64,000 nucleotides of DNA from Balanoglossus misakiensis (Eukaryota > Animalia > Hemichordata), in contig CM082595.2 in NCBI GenBank assembly GCA_040954595.2, positions 10,281,918 to 10,345,917 on the forward strand, written 5' to 3'. The position numbers were made by a program, and so were the translations under genes. The notes beneath the pieces were generated by a model. It was given only the letters and a program-made list of their open reading frames with translations. It searched no databases and was not told where the DNA came from. Of this stretch, positions 1 to 12,443 are shown one piece after another (position 1 is the stretch's first letter; each line of letters begins with the position of its first letter).

Positions 1-114
1 ACATGCCCGTATACTTGTCTCAGAATTATGAAGTGAATCATCTCAAGTAATTTGTTATTTTAAATGACACTGTATCACAAATACTTCACTAAAAACCTCA
101 TTTTCTTTAATCAG

Positions 115-312
115 ATGAAATAAGTGAGGAGCCTGCACGCACATCCCGTCTTCTGTGCCCTGCTGGACAATCGTGTTCAGATCCAATGTAAGATCCGCTT
201 GACTGTGGCAATGGTGAATATGCTATGGAAGGCGACGGCACATGCACGCCTTGTCCAGCAGGATCCAAGTGTCCAACCATGTCACCCGTAGTTGATTGTT
301 CAACAGTTACTG
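115..312 (+). pseudogene. Cys-rich (GCC2/GCC3-like) exon with premature stop
   Basis: tcag|...|gtaagt, 198 nt. Translates EISEEPARTSRLLCPAGQSCSDPM*DPLDCGNGEYAMEGDGTCTPCPAGSKCPTMSPVVDCSTVT. Confidence 0.85.
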
Positions 313-746
313 GTAAGTTGGGCTGCAAATTACTCTTGTGACTTCCCTGTGTTATAGCATGACATACACAGAAAATTAAACTGTTATGCTCATTGGAGTT
401 GATATTGTGATGCACTTTGAAAAACACAATGATTCCACTGAAGAGGTATTGTACAGTAACACCTGTGATTAATGACATCTCTCTAATAAGGGATCGTTGG
501 ACCAAACCAATCGTTCTTTGAATTTTTTCTGTGATAGGTTCATACTCGCTAGGTTCGGCCACGTCCTTCTGGTTATGAATGCACAACTACAAGTGTCACA
601 CAGTGCGCTACAGGGCAGTAAAGTGTTGAAGGAGGTAAGTCTTGAAATCTCTTTTCTTCTGGTCTCGATTTGAACATGGTTCCACAAGTTGTTTACATCA
701 CTTGTAGTTTTACATATTTTTTTAGTTCAACAGCTATGCTATACAT

Positions 747-1414
747 GGTGTCCTGAGAAGTCGACCAGTATGAGAAGTCGGTATCGGCCAGTACGAGAAG
801 TCGGCCTGTGGGAGAGAACCCTGGTACTTTGTGTTATGTATAACTGTTTCACTACGAAATGTTTCCTTGATGTACAGGAGCTGAGATATTTGTACAAATA
901 GCCGATGAATTTTAAAACTGTCTGTTCACTTTTCATGTACGTCACCGGGGTACGTCAACATCAGTCACCTGCACTTCTTGAGCTGCGCCAGTAGTCTGTT
1001 CCTTGTCACGTTTGTTTGTTTGTTTGTTTTGTGTTGTCTCAGAAAGTATGAATATACACATACATCTTCTATGTATTTTAGTAGGCTTTGAAACAACTCC
1101 CTTTAATCAGAAATGTCACAGGAATTTGGCGAACAACCTAAGCTCCTTACGCGGATACGGGGCTGGGGAACTGGTACGGATGCCAGACGCCATTATTTGA
1201 AATGACGCCATTGTGTTGTCAAGAATTTGGGAAATCCGTCCAAATGAAAATATTTAGTGCAATTATATTTTATTAAGTGTTGTTATAAGTAATCTGGGTC
1301 ATCACTGCACTATTCGGGTACAAGTTCAACAACTGGCCGACTTCTCGTACTGGCCGACTTCTCGTACTGGCCGACTTCTCATACGCGCGTACTGGCCGAC
1401 TTCTCATGTATTCC
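747..1414. mobile_element. Non-autonomous DNA transposon with subterminal ~17-bp repeats, 7-8 bp TSD
   Basis: gagaagtcggccagtac repeats at the left end, inverted at the right; GG...CC termini; flanked by (c)tatacat at 740-746 and 1415-1421. Copies at 44663-45669 and 62716-63382. Confidence 0.7.
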
Positions 1415-1590
1415 TATACATTAGTGAAAATTGGGGAAACTGGTGTTTTCAGACAACTTATGAAGTCCCTTTCGCAATATTAACTCTAAAACAGTGGGTG
1501 ATATTCCTTTTAAAATTTAACCAAATAAGCATACTTGAACTCTGTCATATTGGCAAAACACTCACTACACAAGCTGTTGTTATTCTACAG

Positions 1591-1807
1591 ACATGACATG
1601 TGCTGATTGCGGCGTAGGTAACTACTGTCCAGATGGGTCAGACAGCCCCATTCCTTGTCCATCAAGTTATTATGCTGACACAGCCACAGAAGTATCCTGT
1701 ACCCCTTGCGATCCAGGCTGTCAGTGTGCAGCAACATCACCCACTTGCCTGCACATCAAGAACCTACTCTCTGGGACCATCAACAACATGTACTCCCCTT
1801 CTACCAG
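1591..1807 (+). pseudogene. Cys-rich exon, frameshifted
   Basis: ctacag| MTCADCGVGNYCPDGSDSPIPCPSSYYADTATEVSCTPCDPGCQC, then a +1 shift to PLACTSRTYSLGPSTTCTP |gt. Copy at ~45846. Confidence 0.75.
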
Positions 1808-3205
1808 GTTTGTAGTCGTCTTAGTCGTAAAAACATATTTAAGGTGTTGCGCACCTCGAAATAAAGGGTCGTCTGATCATGTTAAAATTAATACTAATGA
1901 TACTATGACTTCTAAACATTTAATCTATGGAATAAAAATTGGGGGTCAACCATCTAGAGTTTTGAAAAAGCGCCCTTTATCTAGCACCTCTTTCAGATTT
2001 TGCCAGGCTCGTAGATTTTTGTAAAATGGCCTCAAAAATAAGAATTTTGGAAGGTTTGTCATATTTTTTCACCATTGTAGAATCTAAATGTTCTGAATTA
2101 TTTTATTTTTAGCAATTTTGAGATTGCTTCATGTTCAGTATGATAATCGCATGTCAATACAACTGTTACATTAAAGGAAAAGTTCAAATCCGCCTAAAAC
2201 CACATTGCATTGGTACCTAGTTAAGTTGTCCTCACTTCTGACGCAAAATTTTGATGTGCAATGCACGTGTCTGTGAAATTGACGAATAAAAAAATTGTAT
2301 ACCAGTGCAAAATTAAAAACTCCCTGTGCAGCCTTCTTGGCAACTGCATGCTGGGAAAAGTACTCGGATGATGACGAAAAAGTTTCGGGGTTCCGGGTAG
2401 TGCTACCCCGGAATACAATGTTGGGTGCAGACTCCAACTATGGAAAAGAAATGCAGAATGTCATGTGATATAGTAGTGAAAACAAATACACGTTGGTTCA
2501 CGTATTTCAGCTCTCAGCAATCAGGGTGCATTAAAAGGCCTTGATTGGTGTGATATTCACAATTGATGATTATAAATACTTACAGTTGTATACTGTTTTA
2601 TTTTGTAAATATTGTGTACATTTGCAGCAATGAATCCGTGCGAACACAAACCTTAACCCATGCCGGAATGCTGGTACTTGCCAAGCAATCCAGGGATCTT
2701 GTACAGGCGTCACATGTCTATGTGCTGGCTGCTACCTGGGCTTCACATGTGAAACACGTGAGTACAGTACTTTGTCATTTATTAAAAAATCTAAGTGCTG
2801 AGGTACATTGTAGTAATAATAGCAGGTGTAGTCATTATTATCATCATCATCATCTTTAAGTCAGTCATATGATCGGTAATAAAAACAGTAAAATCACCAG
2901 TATAAAAACATAACAGAGAAATAATGAACGTGTACTGGTGTTACCATAGGTAACTGTTGTATAAAATTTTGAATTCCTGTCTTCCAGTTCCTAATCCATG
3001 CTTCACTAGTCCTTGTCTCAATGGAGGTACCTGCCAACAACAGGCAAATTCTTGTACTGCCACCATTGGCATGTGCACAGAGTGTTACTAGGGAAACAGG
3101 TGTGAGACAAGTAAGTTTGAATCTATAGCAGTTAATAATGATAATTATCATTTTTTTTATTATGATTTAAACTTCACTGATGTTGTACAAACACAAAAAT
3201 AGAAA

Positions 3206-3662
3206 TAATAATAATAATAATAATTTATTTGTATAGCGTCAGTATCCAAAAAAAATGTGATCAATGACGCTTAAAGCAAAAGTACAATACAACAATTGGC
3301 TAAAAAACAGATTTAAAAAGTAAAGTTTTAACATTTGTTTTAAAAACAGATAAGTCTGGTGCCTGGTGAATGGTGAGTGGAAGATTATTCCAAAGAATTG
3401 GAGCAGCAACAGTAAAAGCACGATCACCATAACTCTTGGTGCGTGATCGAACAGGGCAGAGTTTGAACTGATCAGCTGACCTCAAATTGCCACACGGAAC
3501 ATATAGATTAGTCATGCTAGAAAGATAGATTGGACCAAGTTTATGAATGGATTTAAAAATGAGAACTAACATCTTAAAAACAATACGCTGTGTAACAGGT
3601 AGCCAGTGCAACTGATACAAAATTGGAGTGATGTGACAGGTGATTTTTGAACGAGTAACAAT
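3206..3662 (-). mobile_element. L2-clade LINE, 5'-truncated 3' end
   Basis: LHWLPVTQRIVFK...YGDRAFTVAAPILWNNLP; (aat)n tail; TSD tagaaa at 3200-3205 and 3663-3668. Copies 25993-26452 and 47470-47932; empty site 63623-63628. Confidence 0.9.
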
Positions 3663-3886
3663 TAGAAACGGACAGCAGCTTAGCTCTATTCCTTTTCCAA
3701 AGTGTTTGTTCTTTTAAACTACCTGTTTTTTATTTATTCTGATTATGCTAATATGCTAATTTGTCGGTTTGTCACATCACAATTTTTGTAGGAAACTCAC
3801 CCCTGGGATTTTTTTTCAGCCACTTACATACATTCATAATCACATGACATTGATGATCATGGAAAATTTGACCCTTTTCCTTGTAG

Positions 3887-4009
3887 GACTCAACCAGTGT
3901 CCACCAAATCCGTGCCAGAATGGTGGCTTCTGTCAACCGGCTCGAAATTCCTGCTTTGATCTCACCTGCATATGTACTGGTTGCTACAAAGGTGATAGGT
4001 GTGAGATAT
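3887..4009 (+). pseudogene. Open 8-Cys EGF-like exon (phase 1-1, 123 nt)
   Basis: ttgtag| LNQCPPNPCQNGGFCQPARNSCFDLTCICTGCYKGDRCEI |gtaagt; present in all four copies. Confidence 0.9.
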
Positions 4010-4678
4010 GTAAGTATACAGCGCAGTCTCTTTTACCTTTTGTCTCTGATGCATTCAAATACTGCATGTTTCCTGAGCATAGGTGTAGCCATCACCACAG
4101 CAGAGCTTGGAGCGTTCTTGACATCGAATGCAAGATTACACTCTTCCCAATCAAAATCACTTTCGTAGCGCATAATGTCTTGATTGTCTTAGTTCAAGAA
4201 ACATTATGCGCGACTGGCCAATTTTACAGCCTTTTGTCAACGCACATCCACTATGGAAATTCTCACTCCAGGCCAGATAGTGTAAATTTGCATATGAGTC
4301 TACAGGTATGCTTGAAGTCAAGTCAAGCATTTGCAAGGAACCCTCCTCCAGTACACAGGTCTTTGATTTCATGAAGGGAAGCCCTTGCCTCACAGTCACT
4401 GCCACATGATCTATGGAGGTGTGAACAACTTGATACCAGCCTAATATAAGTTGTAGGCACAATCACTCCACACACCCTTGCCATAATTCTGCAAGGTTTT
4501 TGCCATATCTGTACTGTAGAATGAGTAGCAAGGAATAAAATGGCGTCCTTTCTTAATTTCCAGTGCAAAACCCCTGTGATCCCAACCCATGTATGAATGG
4601 TGGATTTTGCCAGCAAACATCGTGCAATTTCTATTCATGCCAGTGTGTGAACTCTTACACAGGTGACATCTGTCAAAC

Positions 4679-5262
4679 CATAGACCCTAGAGAAAGAAGG
4701 ACGAGCAACTGCGGCAAAGATCAAAGGGTTTGGGGATTATCTGTATGATGATGTTCTTTTGCATATAATTAACACCCAGGACAGTTGGACAATGACTTCC
4801 TTACTTCGGCACGTGTCGACCCCACCAGTGATGCGAAAACTTGCCACCAAACTGACACTCCTGCATTTCAGCAGCCACTGCGTTTTTTTCTAAAATTCTA
4901 AAAGTATTACGATGTCTGTGCTAATTATTATGGTCGTCTGTCGGATGAACGGTCATTTCTAGTGCCACAAGCTTCATTTAAAAATTGTAAACAAATCATC
5001 CATGCCAAATTCCTGTTTAACTTGTGCAGATGTGTTCCATAAATGATTGATGCGTTCAACCACGTTGCAGTTTTCTCGTCTTCTGCGAGATGTTCTAAGG
5101 TGTTTGTGATAACTTCACGCAAAACGCGAGACTTTGCGTTAGTTTATACACAGTTTATTTGCAAATTGGATTATTGGGATTTACCTGGAAATAATGTATG
5201 CAAAAGAACATCATTTCAAGAAAAAACTGGAGTTGCGCGTCCTTCTTTCTCTAGGGTCCATG
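4679..5262. mobile_element. P-element-like MITE inserted in an EGF exon
   Basis: TIR CATAGACCCTAGAGAAAGAAGGACG / CGTCCTTCTTTCTCTAGGGTCCATG; TSD gtcaaac at 4672-4678 and 5263-5269. Removal restores TGT CAA ACA A|gtgagt. Left ends persist at ~27468 and ~48948. Confidence 0.85.
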
Positions 5263-8200
5263 GTCAAACAAGTGAGTATATACTTTCAAGACATCCTGCA
5301 AACAAACAAGCAATCTTTATTCCGTAGATCTTTAAGCATATTTATGCATTGTATATTTTGATGTGAAACTTCAAATTTTATTGGTCTTGTTGCCAAACTT
5401 CTGAAGAAATGAGGATATTGTTTTGAAGGGTATTTTATCAGTAGATAACAAATACCATGGCCCTCCATGCAAATACCCACATGGTAAATTAAAACTGTTA
5501 CAGGTGTATTTGATTTCCACATATGGATTACATGTGGGATAATATTGGGTGCTGGCAGTTTCAGTAAATGAACTGCTCTTAAAAGTTGGGTGTCAGGGCA
5601 CCCTTGACTTCTTATTGTTCAGTTATACATTTAGGAGGCTCAGTTATAGGAGAACCCGATAGAACCACAGCTGTAGGAATTAGGGAAATGGTCATACCCT
5701 AAAAAACGTATGTCACTACTATTTTTTTTCATGCCATTGAAACAGAACAAACTCCATGTAGGCCAAGTCCATGCCTGAACAATGGGCGGTGTACTCAGCT
5801 GTCTTGTACAACTTATGAGTGTACTTGTCCAGGATGTTTCACCGGCACACACTGCAGCCAGTGTAAAACTCATTAAAACAAACATATGTCATGCAGGAAC
5901 TAACATTTACAATCATGTCTCAATACATTGTCTGTTGGTCATACTTTATATTTTCATCTTCAGCATCACACCTTGGTCCTTGGGAATCGGTCACCTCAAA
6001 AATGATGTACAGCTGAAAGAAAACATGTTTATTTGAAGAAAAAACTGTTGATCGTTCATGAAAATTTTCCCTACACAAGATACATATACAGAGATTTTCA
6101 TAGCCCCATAAGTGCGTCCCAGAATGAGCAAGTTGTTTTTGGAAGTGAAGTTCCGTTCAGTATTTACAGTAATGGTAATGATGATGTTTTCATCAAACAG
6201 ATTTTGAAAGTAAATATTGCTGAGATAACATTAGGTTGCACTTTTTATTGCAGTCCAAGATCCAGGCCAGCGAAACAGCTGTCTCAACGGGGCTGTATGT
6301 AATGCAGTGGCCAACTCCTGCACGGCATATACCTGTGCCTGTACTGGTTGCTATGAGGGTAACCGTTGTGAAATATGTAAGTTTCTGACGTACCGTACAT
6401 GACAATCTTTTGGGCACTTTCTCTTCATGGCAATTGAATTGTGTGGTAACTTCTCATTTCTAAAATTTCCCCAAGAGAAAAGAAAGGAAAAGGAAACAGA
6501 AATTTCATTTGTATGTCCGTGCAATTTAGGAGAGGCACGAACTTGTGAGGAAGTGTACGAAGCTGGATGTTTTCATCACTCAAATATACAAGAGTTGCCT
6601 CTTGAAGACTAGTGTCTGTAGAGATAATTGTGCATGTCAGGTAATCTCTCCTAAGGTGGTGCACACCTCTGAGTATTAAGTAAAAGAGACGTCCTTAATT
6701 ATCCTTACTATTTGGCTTGAAAAATCAATCTTACTAGGTGTTCTGATTAGAGAGGTGTCCATAAAGACAGGTTTTACTGTATTACCCAAAATAGAGACAT
6801 TGTCCCTTCATCATATACTTAATGCGTGTTCTGGGTATGGTTCCAGTATAATGCTTGTGTCAAAGGATTTTGTTGTGGTGCAGGAATCATCTTTGGTTGA
6901 GGTGTAGCCATCTGCATTTCATGTTTTTTAAACTATTTTTTTTCTGATTGTCATTAACCCTTGTGATCAGAATCCGTGTCAAAATGGAGGCTATTGTTCC
7001 CAAACACCAAATTCTTATACTGACTACACCTGTTACTGCCAGTAGTGTTGGACTGGGGCCATCTGTGCTGTAGGTGTGTCGAATTACTGTTTTATGACAC
7101 AGCGTGGTATATAAACCCTCATTTTTGGTATTCTCAATGTGATAGATGGACCCATACACCAATAAATGGGGTGGAAGCATTACTAAGTTTCATCCTTTCA
7201 AAATTTGCTGATGTAGGGTCAAAATTGAGTGTGAGGTGCATGTTAAAAAGGAAAGCCTTCTGTATCATGTTGATGGCACATTTTTTTAATTTTTCAAGAT
7301 TCTTACAGAAAAATACTAGCAATAGCATCATTATGTTATTTTAAATGTAAAGGTTTGAAACAAGGAATGAAGACATTGCTCACATATTTAAACGAAATGA
7401 ACATCACAAGTACATGTACAAGTTTTTGACAAGCAGGTAATTGATACTTTCATTTTTGTTTTGGCAGCCATTGATCAGTTATACCCTATGCCTTGTCAAA
7501 ATGGTGGCACATGCGTTGCGTGAGACGGCTGTTTCCTGTTTGACTGTATGTGTACCGAATGCTTCACTGGTGCCACATGTACAATGCGTAAGTACAAACC
7601 AATATTATTTTATTCAATGCAAAACACTTGTTATGTATTATATAATATAAGTACGGTACACATATTAAAGCCCTGGTAACTCAAACTTTGGGCTAGCTTA
7701 ATGTTATCACTATTTTTGTTTTCGGTTGCAACTGTGGTTTCTTGTCACTCTCTAAAGGATTCACAGCATTTGGTTTTTCAAAACAGCCCTTTGGTTGTTG
7801 TCATGTATACATGTACATGACTGTGGAGTGTAGTTTGTAGATTCTGTAATTTTGACAATATCTTGACTGCACATCCCACAGCTGTCAACCAGTGTCAACC
7901 CATCCAGTGTCGGAATGGTGGAAACTGTGTGCTGACGCCCAATTGGTGTACTGAATTCACATGCTCCTGTACAAGCTGTTACTCCGGCGATTTATGTCAG
8001 ACATGTGAGTGATTTTAAATTTCAGATGAAGAGGAACATAATAACATAACACATAATCGGCTTGCAGTTGGTTTCTTCCAACCTGTATCAAACAGTGAAT
8101 AACGACACAATTTTGGGGAAATTTATTAAGAATGTGTGTGCCATAAAAGGGGATTGTGTATTTGACCAAACAACAACCTGCACCGTATGGTACACTAAGA

Positions 8201-9087
8201 CACTATTACACCTGTGTCAAAATTTCATTACGTTTCTTTTGTTGAACATGGAAGAAATTTGTCACAGTGATGTTCTGTTGACCAACTGAGATTTTTACCA
8301 CTCAACCCTGACTGCACAAATCTGTTTAAAGTATATGTAGTAAATATTAACTGTACACAATTTATATCACTTTCTCTTCTGTGCACAGATTTGAATCCGT
8401 GTCAGCCCAACCCTTGTCTAAACAGTGGATTCTGCCAGCAAGTGTCCTGCACCGAGTTCAGATGCCAGAGTCCGCGCTGTTTCATCGGAACCACGTGCGC
8501 TGAACGTAAGCAAACCAGTGTCAGATTTGCCGCACAAAGTAGAAATCGCTGGGCTTTGTCATTGATATTGTCTCAATAAAGTTGCCTGTGATTGTGCAGC
8601 TAACCAAGAGACTTATATGCACTACGGTAGCCATGATGAATACTTTCATTGACTCAAATGCTCATCAGCGTAGATGTTGCTATTTTTCCAACCGTAAATT
8701 GAAACATCAGAAAGTTATGACATCAACTACCCCCACCCCCACCCCACCCACCCCCAACTAGTAAATATTATAAGATGCTGTAATTATGATAGAGATGGTA
8801 GCACCAAGCTTGGATAAAGTGGTCTTTATTATCCTTCACACATGAACATGATCACACGGATGTGCAATCTTCTGACAGTCTGCTACAGATTTCACTTCCC
8901 ACTCAAGTGTGTAAGACCCTAATGTGATACTTTTCATTTCTCTCACCCTTAGCGATCAACCAGTGTCTTCTAAACCCATGTCTGAATAACGGAGTGTATC
9001 AGCCACTTCAAGGCTCCTGCTCAATCTACACCTGCAACTGTCCAACCTGCTACACTGGGCAAACATGTGTTACATGTAAGTCACAAG

Positions 9088-10100
9088 TTTTTAGGTCCCA
9101 TTGGTATGTACCATGGGAACTTATGGGATTGGTTACGTCTGTATGTATGGATGGATGGATGGATGTATGTCTGTATGTCCGTCCACATGAAAAACTTGAA
9201 AACCGCAGCGCGTATGATCTCGATATTTGGCGTGTAGATGCAGGCAGGGCTGTAGATGGGAGTTTGTTCAAATGAAGATGTCATTGCCAAAAATATGCAA
9301 ATTAGCTGGGAAAATGTGAAATTGGTCAAAACTCAAAAACTGGACAACCACTGGTCATATTGATTTGAAAAATGGTATGCATGTACCTTATATCAACCTC
9401 ATACAATCCTGTATGTTTTGAGCTAATATTATCGATTTCCTATTTTTTTTGCATTTTTTTGTATTTTTCCATGTTATTGGTAAAAGTCTTTGAAATTTAG
9501 TATGAAGCCTCCTAATGTTGTCTAAGTAACCATAGTTTTGTTCAAATTGTTGCAAAATTTGCATATCTATAATTTTGAGCATTATTTGCCATTTTTGGTC
9601 AAAAAATGTTTTTCTTTAAAACCTCATGCCAGATTGCTTTGCAATTTGGTAGGCATGTTCGTAGGGGTAACCTAAATAATATGTTGTAAAAAATGTGATA
9701 TTTGCATAAATGTGTTATCGGGGAAACTTTTGCAATTTTTGTCAAAAATTGTTTTCACTGAAACCGCTTGTCCTATCGCATTGAACTTAGGCAGCATGTT
9801 CCTTGTAGTGATTGAAGTAAGATATTGTACAATTTTGGTGATATTTGCATATTTGTGTTTTTGCCACTTTTGAACAAATATTTTCTGTGAAACTGCTTGT
9901 TGGATTGCTTTGAAATTAGTTTTTTCTCTGATTGCTTTGAAATTTAGGATATAATTTCATAACACATACCTGTATATGTGCAACTTTTATTCAATTCTGA
10001 GATCAGAAAGATTAAATATTTAGCGAGTTTTTTTGGTAAGTTTCTTTGTTTTTGGTTAGCAAATCTTCTCCTAAACAAATTGTCCAGTTGTTTTTAAAGT
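9088..10100 (+). mobile_element. Helentron/DINE-1-like (HINE) non-autonomous element; 3' boundary approximate
   Basis: T-run, then inverted repeat aggtcccattggta...taccatgggaact, then (gtat/ggat)n microsatellite and degenerate internal repeats (ttgctttgaaatt). Copy at ~52699, partial at ~30678. Confidence 0.55.
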
Positions 10101-11619
10101 TACTATTTACAAGGAGTTGTTACCTCGAACAAAGACATGTTTACATAACTTAAATAGGCCAGCTGTTACAGAGACCACCAGCTATCACATTTTAATTACC
10201 AGTGGCAGGTCAGTGTGTGTATGTTCCAGGGCTGACTGAAAGAAGTTGCTTCGCATATGTGTTTGTGTACAGACAATTTTTGGTCAATTTTTTTTTCTAG
10301 CACCACTTGTAAGACTGCCATGACACATGACAGTTTATTGGGCATGTTCCTTGTTAATGTTTTTACATTGCATATTTCTATATGGTCAGATCATATCTGC
10401 TTGCAAATGTCACCTGTAATTTTTATTCTGCTGTGTCACTGTTTCCGCATAATCCTCAAATGTCATCAGATCTCCGAATGTGATGAAAACAGTGTGTTTT
10501 GAGTGGGTTTTTTAATGACCTTTTGGGTTAAAAGTGGCAAAAATGGCAATTTTGTCTTCAAAGGGGTCAATAAGACTGACTTTTTTGGAATCAGCACCAT
10601 TTTTTACATTGAATGGACTAGTTTGCTCAAACTTTCCTTACCAAAAATTCTGTTTAATCTTCTGTAACATGTATACTAGTGTACATGTAGCTGCCTGATA
10701 GTTTGCCCTGTGTGTGTAATTGCTGAGTGACATAACGCATTCTGTGATTGATGCAGTCACGTAACCACCAATCGAACGATTGTTATAAGGAGAACTGCAC
10801 GACCTTTAACCGCATTAGCATACCTGATTTTTAGGGCTCGATATTACCTCTGAGGACGCAATATTTAAGTTGAAGTTTTTTTATTTTATCATATTAGAGC
10901 AAGAAGACTTGTCTTTTATGTAAAAAAAATAGACCCTAATATACAGAGTGCATTTTGAAACGATAGGCAGGTCCGGCCCATAGCCTAATTCTTCATTTTT
11001 CTGTCATGCGTAGGAATTGATTAGTGCTAACAACCCATGTCAAAATGGCAGCACTTGCCAACCCTAACCTCGTGTGTGGCATTGACGTGCACCTGCCAAG
11101 GATGCTTTACTGGGAGCGCTGTGAAAATTGTCAGTCAGTTTCTTTTGTCAAATTAATCAATATGTGTGGGACTGCTATACATGTATATAAAACAGAATAC
11201 TGCGATGGAAAATTCTATAACTTAATGTTTCAGTGGATATATGACTTAAAGTTAGCAGTATGCAGTGAATTCAACAGAAAGTGTGAGCTCTGTGCGACTG
11301 TGCCAATGAAAATCTCACCACAAACAAAAATGACAGGTATACACTGTATATTAGCAGCTTTGTCTCTGTAATAGCCATAGTGTTTTGAAGTTGAAAACTT
11401 GCAAAGTGTGCAGTTTTATTCACACTACAAAGGAAACATTGTTGAAACGGATTATCTGTGTACATTGTCAAACTGTACACTTGTCGTGAGATTTATTCTC
11501 AATTATATTACTATATTATATCATGCTACCGTCCGCAACTCTGATTGGACGAGAGCTAAATCCAGCGATGCTAAAATACTCAATAATGCACTGCTGGCAG
11601 TGGTAAAACGGGCTTTCTG

Positions 11620-12443
11620 TTTGCCACATGGGTTTGTTCTTTAGGTTGTTGTGTGTGTTTACACCCATCATGTTTATTGTAGAACCAGGGTCGATCAGTG
11701 AGGCAACTGCTGTTTGTTCTATCTGCACTGTTACTCGAGGCCTCCTGCCATTTGATTGTTGTACAGTGAAGCAGTATTCATCTCCCGAGCCTTCTTCCAC
11801 TTTATGCACAGCTTTGACAGTTTTATCCTTGTCTACCCTATTTGCCTTGCCTTTTGAATGGTAGCATTTGGCTAAATGGTTAGGTTTGCCACACTTCCTG
11901 CATGACTTGCCTTTAGCTGGACATACTGAGTCATGTGGATAGGTGCCACCACAATAATAACAAGTGGACGGTCCTTTCGCTGGCTGCTGATGAGCTCTCT
12001 TTTGTTTATTTGGTTTAGAGCGTTGATGGCGCTGTTTTCTGACCGCTTTCACAGATGCCGTATCTGCACCATTATTTTGGGTTTTCTCCTCAATCCCACT
12101 AGCCTGAACCTCTGATACCTCAAATGAACAGGCTGTACTCAGTAGATTCTCTAGTGTCGTCTCCTCCCGAAGAGCACGATGTCTGAGACGGGCTGATGTG
12201 AATCCTCGTATGATTTGTGATTTGACCTCTTGATCCGGCTAGCTGATTCTCCATGTTCTCTGTCCTCGTCGCAAAATATAGAATCGTGGGTGGGCAATAA
12301 TGACAACACGAGACACCAAGTCCGGCATGTAAGAGTGAGAGTGCCTAGCCTCGTTCACGCACTTTATTCATAATGACCCGAATGTTTACGTCATTTTACA
12401 GAATGTATAAAGTATAGATGCTCACCGGTGTTTGGACACTACA
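11620..12443 (-). mobile_element. Ty3/Gypsy LTR retrotransposon 5' fragment, internally deleted
   Basis: Twin Zn knuckles CYYCGGTYPHDSVC and CRKCGKPNHLAKC; degenerate protease LIDPGST; LTR 12277-12443; ~355 bp of gag missing at ~12236 relative to other copies. Confidence 0.85.

Noticed and set aside
107-586. 159-aa minus-strand ORF seen in three copies
   Set aside because: Antisense to a Cys-rich exon and its intron, no recognisable motif, and disrupted in copy X4.
1839-2545. Kolobok-like element starting ttaa|ggtgttgcgcacctcg
   Set aside because: Looks like a transposon end, but no matching opposite TIR or TSD was found, so boundaries are unsupported.
3769-4374. 201-aa ORF, present three times, as a protein-coding gene
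   Set aside because: Only 3887-4009 is exon; the rest is intron. Recurrence reflects recent duplication, not selection.
7512-7530. In-frame TGA in an EGF exon as selenocysteine or readthrough
   Set aside because: Sister copies have CGA at this codon, so it is a simple CpG transition in a pseudogene.
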